The notes below the pieces were generated by a model that made no database searches, was not told the DNA's origin, and saw only the letters and a list, made by a program, of their open reading frames with translations. A program made the translations under genes and the position numbers. Of a DNA stretch of 64,000 nucleotides, positions 56,312-64,000 are shown in pieces. Position 1 is the stretch's first letter. The number at the start of each line of letters is the position of its first letter. This DNA comes from Caldimicrobium sp. (GTDB taxonomy: Bacteria > Desulfobacterota > Thermodesulfobacteria > Thermodesulfobacteriales > Thermodesulfobacteriaceae): assembly GCA_037443245.1 (NCBI GenBank), contig JBBIOT010000001.1, positions 436,572 through 500,571 on the forward strand. Reading direction: 5' to 3'.

Positions 56312-58102
56312 ATGTTTGAGTTTTTAAGAAAGGGCGCATCTTCAGTTTTTGCCAAAATCTTCTTAGCCATTATTGTTATTGTCTTCATCTTTTGGGGGAT
56401 AGGAAATTTTACCTTTGATCGTTCTCAAACCGTTGCGGAAGCAGAAGGAATAAAGATTACACAAAAGGAATTTCGGGAATATCTTAACTATCAGACTTTT
56501 CAGGCCAAGCTTGCCTTCGGCGAAAAGGCCCAAGAGCTCCTTAAAGATCCAAAATTTAAGGAATCTACCCTTCAGGATCTTATCAGGAAAAAACTCTTTC
56601 TCAAAAAGGTGGAAGAGTTAGGGCTTACTGTAGGCAACAAGGAAGTGGAAATTTATTTGTCCCAAATTCCTGCCTTTCAAGAGCAGGGTGTTTTTAGTCA
56701 AGCCAAATATCAAGCTTTTTTGAGGGAGATTGGGATTACCCCTAAGTTTTTTGAAAACCTCCTCCGCTATGATCTTGCGGAACAAAAATTTGCCTATCTT
56801 ACCTCATCCCTTCTTTTGGTCACCAAAAATGAAGTGGAAGACTTTGCTAATTTTTATTTTCAAAAACTTAGATTCCAAGTAGCGACCCTTCCATTAAAAA
56901 CCTGCATTGCTGAGCTTAAACCCTCGGATAAAGATCTTGAAAATTATTATCTGACCAAAAGCAATCTTTACGTGGAGGAAGAAAAGGTAAAGCTTCTTTA
57001 TTATTTTCTTCCTTATACTCAGGAAGTTGAAGTTAACGAAAAAGAATTGAAGGACTATTACCAAGCCAACCTCAGCAAGTTTAAAGAAGCCTTTAAGGTT
57101 AAGGCCTGGAAAATTTTTATTCCTGGAAAGGGAAAAGATTCCTTTCTTAAATCCCAATCTATCCGGTCTGAATTAAAAGACCTCTCTGATTTTAAAAAAT
57201 TTGGCGGTAATTCGGGCTGGCTTAAAGGAGAGGAACTACCTACGAATTTGCTTAACCTATTGAGGGTGGCCAAAAAAGGAACTATCCTTGGTCCTCTTGA
57301 GGTTGAGGGCGGTTATTTAATCCTTGGTGTAGAAGAGGTTAATCCGGAACGGCTTCTTAAATTTGAGGAGGCTAAACCTCGGATCTTAGCAGAAGTTAAG
57401 ATGGAAAAGGCCAAATCCCTGACCCTGGCCCGAGCCAATGAATTGTATACCAAAGTCGTTAGGGAAGATGGCTTAGCTAATCTTTCCGCTAAGGAGAAAA
57501 TAGAGCTTAAAGAAACCCCCTACTTGACAAAGCCGGAAATTTACAATCTTCTCCAAGATAGCCAAACTGTGGATAGGATTTTTAAAGAAAGAAAAGGGAC
57601 CTACTTTCCTCCAGTGGCTACTTCCCAGGGGGTATCTCTCATAGAAATCAAGGATAAACAAGAAAAGAGACAACTTAGCTTTTCCGAAGCTAAAGAAAGA
57701 GTTTACCGGGATTATCTTCAAGATAAAGGAAAAGACCTTTGTGAAGATAAGGCTAAGGTCTTAATCTCTGAGGTTAGGAAAGGAAAAAACTTCTTAGCTC
57801 TTGCCCAACAAAAAGGATTTATCCTGAAGGAAAGCCTTCTAACCCGTAAGGATTTGCCCCCTAATTTAGGCTTGGGTTCAACCCTACGTCCAGGGATAAT
57901 TGAACAACCTTGGTGGGAAGGAGAAAATTTGGTAGTTTTCTACTTGCTAAAAATTGAGCCAGCTTCCAACTTAACCTCCGAAGACCTAAATTTAGCTAAG
58001 GATGCCTTATTATCTCTGAAAAAGGATTTGTGGCAAAGGGAAATTTTGGGGAAGATTGCCGAAGGTAAAATAAAAATTTATCCAGCTTTTAATCAACTTT
58101 AG
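56312..58102 (+). CDS. periplasmic chaperone PpiD / SurA-N-domain protein
   Basis: MFEFLRKGASSVFAKIFLAIIVIVF anchor, SurA-like N-domain and a parvulin-like region. The track start at 56258 adds 18 unlikely residues. Confidence 0.8.
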   Translation: MFEFLRKGASSVFAKIFLAIIVIVFIFWGIGNFTFDRSQTVAEAEGIKITQKEFREYLNYQTFQAKLAFGEKAQELLKDPKFKESTLQDLIRKKLFLKKVEELGLTVGNKEVEIYLSQIPAFQEQGVFSQAKYQAFLREIGITPKFFENLLRYDLAEQKFAYLTSSLLLVTKNEVEDFANFYFQKLRFQVATLPLKTCIAELKPSDKDLENYYLTKSNLYVEEEKVKLLYYFLPYTQEVEVNEKELKDYYQANLSKFKEAFKVKAWKIFIPGKGKDSFLKSQSIRSELKDLSDFKKFGGNSGWLKGEELPTNLLNLLRVAKKGTILGPLEVEGGYLILGVEEVNPERLLKFEEAKPRILAEVKMEKAKSLTLARANELYTKVVREDGLANLSAKEKIELKETPYLTKPEIYNLLQDSQTVDRIFKERKGTYFPPVATSQGVSLIEIKDKQEKRQLSFSEAKERVYRDYLQDKGKDLCEDKAKVLISEVRKGKNFLALAQQKGFILKESLLTRKDLPPNLGLGSTLRPGIIEQPWWEGENLVVFYLLKIEPASNLTSEDLNLAKDALLSLKKDLWQREILGKIAEGKIKIYPAFNQL

Positions 58103-58149
58103 TACCTTACTTATTGGCTAAGGAGATTAACGGATAAAAGGGAGGAAGT

Positions 58150-61100
58150 ATGCCCAAAAGAACAGACATAAAGAAGATTTTAATCATTGGCTCAGGTCCT
58201 ATCGTTATCGGACAGGCCTGTGAGTTTGATTATTCTGGAAGTCAGGCTTGTAAAGCCTTACGGGAAGAAGGCTATGAAATTGTCTTGGTTAATTCTAATC
58301 CTGCTACCATTATGACCGACCCAGAAATGGCGGATGTTACCTATATTGAGCCACTTCTTCCTGAGGTTTTAGAGCATATTATTAAAGAGGAACGCCCTGA
58401 TGCCCTTCTGCCTACCCTTGGGGGTCAGACTGGCTTGAATTTGGCTTTCGCTTTAGCAAGGCAAGGGATTTTAGAAAAGTATAAAGTGGAACTTATCGGG
58501 GCTAAAGCCGAAGCCATTCAAAAGTCGGAAAGCCGAGAACACTTTAAGAAGGCTATGGAAAGGATTGGCCTTAAGGTCCCCAAAAGTGCCATTGTGAAGA
58601 GCTTGGCCGAAGCGGAAAGAGCGGTAAAGGAAGTTGGATTCCCCGTGATTGTGAGGCCAAGCTTTACTCTTGGTGGCACAGGGGGTGGAGTAGCCTATAA
58701 CATTGAAGAACTGAGGGAAATTGTCTCCGCCGGGCTTGAGGCTTCTTTAATTCATGAGGTCATGCTGGAAGAATCGGTCCTTGGCTGGAAGGAATATGAA
58801 CTTGAGGTAATGAGGGATTTTAAGGACAACGTGGTGATCATTTGTTCCATTGAGAATTTTGATCCCATGGGGGTTCACACGGGTGATTCTATCACGGTAG
58901 CACCATCGCAAACTTTAAGCGACCGGGAATACCAACGGATGAGAGCAGCAGCTCAGGCAGTCATCCGAGAGATCGGAGTAGAAACAGGAGGCTCAAACAT
59001 TCAATTTGCCATCAATCCTAAGAATGGGGATATGGTAGTAATAGAAATGAACCCACGGGTGTCCAGGTCTTCCGCTCTGGCTAGTAAAGCTACGGGCTAT
59101 CCTATTGCCAAGATTGCCGCCAAGCTTGCGGTAGGCTATACCCTTGATGAGTTAGCCAACGACATTACCAAAGAGACTAAAGCAGCCTTTGAGCCCACGA
59201 TTGACTATGTGGTGGTAAAAATTCCCCGCTTCACCTTTGAAAAGTTCCCTGAAGCCCGGGATGAGCTTACCACTTCCATGAGGTCGGTAGGTGAAACGAT
59301 GGCCATCGGCCGAACCTTTAAAGAGGCCCTGCAAAAAGCGATCGCTGGATTAGAAATCGGAAGGTATGGGTTTGGAGCTGATGGCAAGTCCCCTTCCGAT
59401 AGAGGGGAAACCATACCCTTAGAAGTGATTAAGGAAAAACTGGTCAGACCAAACAGCCAACGCCTTTTTTATATCTGGGAGGCCTTTAAGCATGGCTTGA
59501 CCATAGAAGAGATTAATAAACTTACACACATTGATCCTTGGTTTCTGTATAACCTGTGGGAAATTTTTCTAGTTAGTGAATCCTATCAAGGGAAAAGCCT
59601 TTCTGATTTAAATGGAGAAGATTTTTTAGAGTTAAAAAAACTTGGGTTTACGGATTATCAAATTGCCTTCTTAACAGGAAGCAAAGAAAAGGAAGTTCGG
59701 GAAAGGAGACTATCCTTAGGGGTTAAACCAACTTACAAGCTCATAGACACATGCGCCGCTGAATTTGAAGCCTATACACCTTATTTTTATTCAACTTATG
59801 AAGTGGAAAACGAAGGCCGGGCCCGATCTTCAAAGAATCGGAAGGTCATTATCCTTGGAGGTGGTCCAAACCGAATTGGCCAAGGAATTGAATTTGATTA
59901 CTGCTGCGTCCATGCTATAAAAGCCTTACGAGAAAGGGGCATAGATGCCATCATGGTGAATTCTAATCCTGAAACTGTTTCTACAGACTACGACGTCTCA
60001 ACACGCCTTTATTTTGAACCTTTAACCTTTGAACATGTGCTTAACATCTATGAAGAAGAGAATCCTGAGGGTGTAATTGTTCAGTTTGGCGGGCAAACAC
60101 CTTTGAATTTAGCCATGCCTCTTTACCAAGCTGGCGTCAAAATCCTTGGGACCAGCCCCATCCAGATTGATCGAGCGGAGGACCGAGAAAAATTTGACGC
60201 CCTATTGGAAAAATTAGGGCTTAAGAGACCCCAAGCGGGGATTGCTCGCACCGTAGAAGAGGCCCTTAAGGTAGCTAACTCTATTGGATATCCGGTGTTA
60301 GTGCGCCCTTCCTATGTGCTTGGTGGTCGGGCCATGCGCATTGTTTATTCCGAGGCCGAACTTCTCTCCTACATTGAAAGTGCGGTTAAGGTGCAACCAG
60401 AACATCCTCTTCTCATTGATCGTTTTCTTGAAGATGCTATTGAAGTTGATGTTGATGCCATCTCAGATGGAGAAAGGACCGTAATAGCAGGAATTATGCA
60501 ACACATTGAAGAGGCTGGAGTTCATTCAGGTGATTCTGCTTGCATCTTGCCACCCGTTAACATCCCTTCAAAACTCATTGATGAGATCCGGAGGGCTACT
60601 CATCTTTTAGCCAAAGAATTAGACGTGAAGGGCTTGCTAAATATTCAACTGGCCATAAAGGATGAGGAGCTCTTTGTGTTAGAAGTTAACCCCAGGGCCT
60701 CAAGGACCATTCCCTTTGTCTCCAAAGCCATCGGCGTGCCTTTAGCCAAACTTGCTACCTGGATCATGCTTGGCGAAACCCTCCAAGACTTAGGATTTAC
60801 TCGGGAGATCTGGCCTAAATATTATTCCGTAAAGGAAGTTGTTTTTCCCTTCAAAAGGTTCCCTGGGGTTGATGTCACCCTTGGTCCGGAGATGAAGTCT
60901 ACAGGAGAGGTCATGGGCATAGATTGGGAACCTTCCTTAGCCTATGCTAAGGCCCAGTTTGCTGCTGGAATGAAACTCCCCCTTCAGGGGAAGGTTTTCA
61001 TTTCCGTCAAGGATGAAGATAAACCACAGATTGTAGAAATTACTAAGATTTTAGAAAGCCTTGATTTTGAATTAATCGCCACCGAAGGTACAGCCAAGTT

Positions 61101-61410
61101 TTTAGCCGATTTTGGCCTTAACGTTAAGATCGTCCCTAAGATTTCGGAGGGTAGAAGACCTAATATTTTAGATCTTATTAAAAATAAAGAAATTGATCTG
61201 GTGATCAACACCGCCAAAGGAAAGGTTAGTAGGGAGGATGCCTATCTTATAAGACGCTTTGCCATGGAACTTGATATTCCTTATGCTACCACTGTTGCGG
61301 GCGCAAGGGCCATGGTTTGTAGCATTAGAAGACTTAGAGAAAAGAGTTTTTCCTATTCCTACTTACAAAAATATTATCAAACTTTGCCCTTTAATTATTA
61401 TCAAAGGTAA
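58150..61410 (+). CDS. carB: carbamoyl-phosphate synthase large subunit
   Basis: 1086 aa. Duplicated ATP-grasp halves, oligomerisation domain and MGS-like C-domain. Typical N-terminus [22 protein letters not shown]. Confidence 0.95.
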   Translation: MPKRTDIKKILIIGSGPIVIGQACEFDYSGSQACKALREEGYEIVLVNSNPATIMTDPEMADVTYIEPLLPEVLEHIIKEERPDALLPTLGGQTGLNLAFALARQGILEKYKVELIGAKAEAIQKSESREHFKKAMERIGLKVPKSAIVKSLAEAERAVKEVGFPVIVRPSFTLGGTGGGVAYNIEELREIVSAGLEASLIHEVMLEESVLGWKEYELEVMRDFKDNVVIICSIENFDPMGVHTGDSITVAPSQTLSDREYQRMRAAAQAVIREIGVETGGSNIQFAINPKNGDMVVIEMNPRVSRSSALASKATGYPIAKIAAKLAVGYTLDELANDITKETKAAFEPTIDYVVVKIPRFTFEKFPEARDELTTSMRSVGETMAIGRTFKEALQKAIAGLEIGRYGFGADGKSPSDRGETIPLEVIKEKLVRPNSQRLFYIWEAFKHGLTIEEINKLTHIDPWFLYNLWEIFLVSESYQGKSLSDLNGEDFLELKKLGFTDYQIAFLTGSKEKEVRERRLSLGVKPTYKLIDTCAAEFEAYTPYFYSTYEVENEGRARSSKNRKVIILGGGPNRIGQGIEFDYCCVHAIKALRERGIDAIMVNSNPETVSTDYDVSTRLYFEPLTFEHVLNIYEEENPEGVIVQFGGQTPLNLAMPLYQAGVKILGTSPIQIDRAEDREKFDALLEKLGLKRPQAGIARTVEEALKVANSIGYPVLVRPSYVLGGRAMRIVYSEAELLSYIESAVKVQPEHPLLIDRFLEDAIEVDVDAISDGERTVIAGIMQHIEEAGVHSGDSACILPPVNIPSKLIDEIRRATHLLAKELDVKGLLNIQLAIKDEELFVLEVNPRASRTIPFVSKAIGVPLAKLATWIMLGETLQDLGFTREIWPKYYSVKEVVFPFKRFPGVDVTLGPEMKSTGEVMGIDWEPSLAYAKAQFAAGMKLPLQGKVFISVKDEDKPQIVEITKILESLDFELIATEGTAKFLADFGLNVKIVPKISEGRRPNILDLIKNKEIDLVINTAKGKVSREDAYLIRRFAMELDIPYATTVAGARAMVCSIRRLREKSFSYSYLQKYYQTLPFNYYQR

Positions 61411-62165
61411 ATGATTTCTCCAGCGTTGAATTCTAAAAGGCCCTCTGGGGTTTCCAAAAGAAGGCTCCCCGTTTCGGTTACCCCAACTACCTTCCCGATG
61501 ATTGGCTCATCTTGGTCAAGATTATAAGCAAAGGCCACGCATTGGCCTAAGCTGTCGCTAAACCTGTAAAAGTCGTTTAGAATAGCGCATTCTCGCTCTT
61601 CTTCAGCAAGAAAAGCCTTTTCATAAACTAAAAGATCTTCATAGTAGAAGTTCATCCAAAAAATTAACTCCTCTAATACTTTAACCAGAGAAACCTCTTT
61701 ACCTAAAAGTTCTTTCAAGTTAATCGCAGGAATACTTGGTGGAGGAGGATTATTCACGTTCATTCCTAAACCGATGATGAACCAATCTTGGTAGCGCTCT
61801 AAAAGGATACCTCCTAATTTTTTTCCCTGATAATGGGGATCGCTTATCCATTTTAGTCTTACCATTTTTGCACCAAGCTGATGGGTAGTTCTAACCATGG
61901 CTATACCAAAAAGAAGAGTAAGCAGGGAAGAATGCTGAGGGAGGAGTTCGTCGTAGAGACTTAAGGCTAGCCAGAGCCCTCCTTTTTCGGCATACCATTT
62001 CCGAGAAAAACGTCCTTTAGCTTGGGTTAATTCCTGGGAGACGATGATCCTTCCGTGAGCTGTGCGAGGATATTTTAGGACAAGCTCCTTAGCAAGTTCC
62101 ATGGCCCGGGGGAGGTGAGGATAAAACCAAATTTCCCTTCCGATAATCCCCCTTAAACTGGCCAC
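61401..62165 (-). CDS. biotin/lipoate protein ligase-family paralogue without HTH (divergent BPL)
   Basis: 254 aa. It has KGRFSRKW in place of GRGRxGRxW and KWISDP in place of KWPND, and an SH3-like C-terminus. 13-nt overlap with the upstream gene. Confidence 0.65.
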   Translation of the reverse strand: MASLRGIIGREIWFYPHLPRAMELAKELVLKYPRTAHGRIIVSQELTQAKGRFSRKWYAEKGGLWLALSLYDELLPQHSSLLTLLFGIAMVRTTHQLGAKMVRLKWISDPHYQGKKLGGILLERYQDWFIIGLGMNVNNPPPPSIPAINLKELLGKEVSLVKVLEELIFWMNFYYEDLLVYEKAFLAEEERECAILNDFYRFSDSLGQCVAFAYNLDQDEPIIGKVVGVTETGSLLLETPEGLLEFNAGEIIYL

Positions 62166-62812
62166 TCCTCTTTGATCCTTTCAACGATCCTTTCTAGGAT
62201 AGGTAAATCTTCCTTGGGACAAAGGGCCACCAAAGGGGATCCCTTTGACACCAACTCAAAGGGTTTAAAATAGACTTGATAGATAATGAACCGCCCTTCC
62301 TGATGAAGTTTAAGAAAATGTTCCCTTTTCATAAAGGTCATGATCAAAAGATCTTCTCCACCCCAAACTTCAGCTTTTCTTAAACCATATTTTTCAAGAC
62401 GCTGAGCTATTTCGGGTGTAAAAATGAACCGGGCGGTCTCCTCCGCATAAATAACGTATAAAGCGGAAAGCAAAATTTCTCCTATAATTTCTTCTTGGGA
62501 AAGGGGATGTTTAATCTCCAAGATAAGCTCGTTAGCTTCTACGAATTTTTGTAAAAGGTCAACTTTTAGGTTTTGCACAATCCCTGAGGTTTGAGCTCGG
62601 ATGAGTTTAAGATTCCTTTCCCTTTCTAAAACAAAAAGTGGTGTGCCTGGCTTTTCCAACCATTTTCCAGAAGGACCAAGCACTTCATCTCCTTCTTTGA
62701 CCTTAAATTCCCTAAGATATCCTGTGTGGGGGGTCAAGACCGGAAAAATTTTGTAGGGATTAGCTCGAAACTTTTGTAAAAGTAAATTTATTTCTTGAAA
62801 ATTGATCTTCAT
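62153..62812 (-). CDS. biotinyl/lipoyl-like hybrid-motif protein lacking the canonical (A/E)MKM lysine motif
   Basis: I prefer the start MKINFQE at 62812, which has an AGGTAGGA SD and lies 4 nt after the accD-like stop. FKVKEGDEV...GTPLFVLERERNLKLIRAQTSGIV resembles a BCCP hairpin but has ERERN where EAMKM is expected. Confidence 0.55.
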   Translation of the reverse strand: MKINFQEINLLLQKFRANPYKIFPVLTPHTGYLREFKVKEGDEVLGPSGKWLEKPGTPLFVLERERNLKLIRAQTSGIVQNLKVDLLQKFVEANELILEIKHPLSQEEIIGEILLSALYVIYAEETARFIFTPEIAQRLEKYGLRKAEVWGGEDLLIMTFMKREHFLKLHQEGRFIIYQVYFKPFELVSKGSPLVALCPKEDLPILERIVERIKEEWPV

Positions 62813-62816
62813 TTTC

Positions 62817-63986
62817 CTACCTATAGTAGAGATTTTTTCCGCCCATAGTAAGGAGGGCATGAAAAAGTTTTTTCCGCAATTCCCGACGATCCCATATCCC
62901 TTGAATATGTCCTCTACGGAGGGCATTTTCTGCAGAATGATAGTCAGGGGGAGGAGGTTGTCCAGTAGTTTCATGAATGACCCTTGGTCCGGCAAAACCA
63001 AGTCTGGTAGATTTCAGGGCAAATTGATAAGGAGCTGAGCCAAGAAAACTTGCCACGGGACCGGCGTAGGAATTATTGTCATAAATCACCAAATATAGGC
63101 CTCCCGCATCCACATAATCTCTAACCGCCATGGTACAGCGGGGCATTTGGACCACCCCCACCGTCCCTTCCTGTATCCTTATCCCACCAGTACTATGGAT
63201 GATCATGATAAAAGGACGCCGAGAAATTTTTGCTAACTGAATAGCTCGGATAATTTTTTCTCCTTCGGCAGCTCCAACTGTCCCTTGCCTAAAATCGGCC
63301 ACCAGCATCCCACAGACCACAGATATTCCTCCAATCTTAGCCGTAAAAGATAGGAAGGCCGAATTCAAGCCTGTCCTTATCCGATCTTGCTTCAATTTTT
63401 CAGAATGTCCTTCAAAGTTCAAGGGATTAGTGGAGACTATTTCTTCATCAAAAAATTTTAAAGTCCCTGGATCAAAGAGGTTTTGTAAATACCATTGATA
63501 ATCAAGAAAAAAATGGTAACCACAATAAGGACAAACCCCACAGAACTCTCCGTATAGGTCTGGGATCCAAAGATCTGGACAACCGAACTTCTCAGCCTGA
63601 GGACAAGTAACAGTTCGATCCTCTAAGCCCAAGGGAGAAGGAAAGAATACTGTCTCTTCTTCGGCCATGCCCGGCAATTTGGGCCGCACCTTTTTCCCAA
63701 CAATTAAGTTATAGACAGACTTAACAGGATCCGAAACAGGCTTCAAAAGGAGGCTTGATTCACTTAAAATGTTATCTATCAACCGCTTGACCGTTTTTTG
63801 CCCACTTTTTAAGACCCGATATTTAATTTCATTTCCTACGATGCGTAGCAAATTTTCCCCTTTTTCCTTAAGAGTATAACTTAAGCCCCTGGGCATTATC
63901 ACCGCCCATTGAGTCATTTTCCGATATTTTTCATAACGCAGTTCAATAAGGATTTCTCTTTCGTCCTCCGAAAGCTCCCAATCCAC
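62817..63986 (-). CDS. acetyl-CoA carboxylase carboxyltransferase beta (AccD)-like protein with N-terminal extension
   Basis: 389 aa. The carboxyltransferase core (GGISVVCGMLVADFRQGTVGAAEGEKI, STGGIRIQEG, GFAGPRVI) follows an atypical Cys cluster, CPQAEKFGCP...CGVCPYCGYH. About 130 extra N-terminal residues. Confidence 0.7.
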   Translation of the reverse strand: MDWELSEDEREILIELRYEKYRKMTQWAVIMPRGLSYTLKEKGENLLRIVGNEIKYRVLKSGQKTVKRLIDNILSESSLLLKPVSDPVKSVYNLIVGKKVRPKLPGMAEEETVFFPSPLGLEDRTVTCPQAEKFGCPDLWIPDLYGEFCGVCPYCGYHFFLDYQWYLQNLFDPGTLKFFDEEIVSTNPLNFEGHSEKLKQDRIRTGLNSAFLSFTAKIGGISVVCGMLVADFRQGTVGAAEGEKIIRAIQLAKISRRPFIMIIHSTGGIRIQEGTVGVVQMPRCTMAVRDYVDAGGLYLVIYDNNSYAGPVASFLGSAPYQFALKSTRLGFAGPRVIHETTGQPPPPDYHSAENALRRGHIQGIWDRRELRKKLFHALLTMGGKNLYYR

Positions 63987-64000
63987 ATAATAACTAAAAT

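Noticed and set aside
62813-63001. The 282-aa version of the BCCP-like ORF, which overlaps the accD-like gene by 185 nt.
   Set aside because: The internal start at 62812 has an SD and lies 4 nt after the upstream stop. The extension has no conserved-looking sequence.

Overview
This is a 64-kb stretch of a bacterial chromosome with most genes on the minus strand. The proteins are K/E/I/L-rich (thermophile-like), and kdsA-kdsC-lptC, TolC and Lol/MacB-type ABC sets indicate a diderm envelope. I cannot assign a taxon from sequence alone. I count about 55 intact CDS and 3 tRNA genes (Glu-UUC, Lys-UUU, Ser-CGA, none encoding CCA). I saw no rRNA, CRISPR array, transposase or phage genes. Housekeeping content: fabG, rtcA plus a Pab1020-type RNA ligase, lon, guaB, rpsA, cca, a Xer recombinase, speH-speB, kup, a Fur-family regulator, queC, birA, tadA, ispH, radC, kdsA/kdsC/lptC and carB. 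glnA has a sigma-54 promoter and a divergent GAF-AAA+ activator. The stand-out is a visibly AT-richer accessory island of about 10.5 kb (roughly 12.7-23.3 kb) between ttcA/a small zinc-ribbon gene and pilC. Its left half is an intact, tightly coupled minus-strand operon of three genes: a 1087-aa PLD(HKD)-nuclease/SF2(SNF2-like)-helicase fusion, a 112-aa MNT nucleotidyltransferase, and a 1130-aa Eco57I-like gamma-class N6-adenine methyltransferase with its own TaqI-like recognition domain. This resembles DISARM, Type ISP and Type III systems but matches none of them, and it is my best candidate for an undescribed defence system. The right half of the island is decayed. It holds a type I R-M remnant (hsdM with internal deletions and a stop, hsdS with two frameshifts in A7 tracts, no hsdR), two gutted HEPN genes, a nonsense-mutated MNT and a DUF4258 toxin with three in-frame stops. 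Antitoxin-type partners survive. Other oddities: an HU/IHF-Ppx/GppA fusion, IspH fused to a polytopic membrane domain, an accD-like/BCCP-like/second biotin-ligase-like operon, and an unannotated 52-codon zinc-ribbon ORF. Coordinates not taken from the ORF track were derived by hand and may be off by a few nt.
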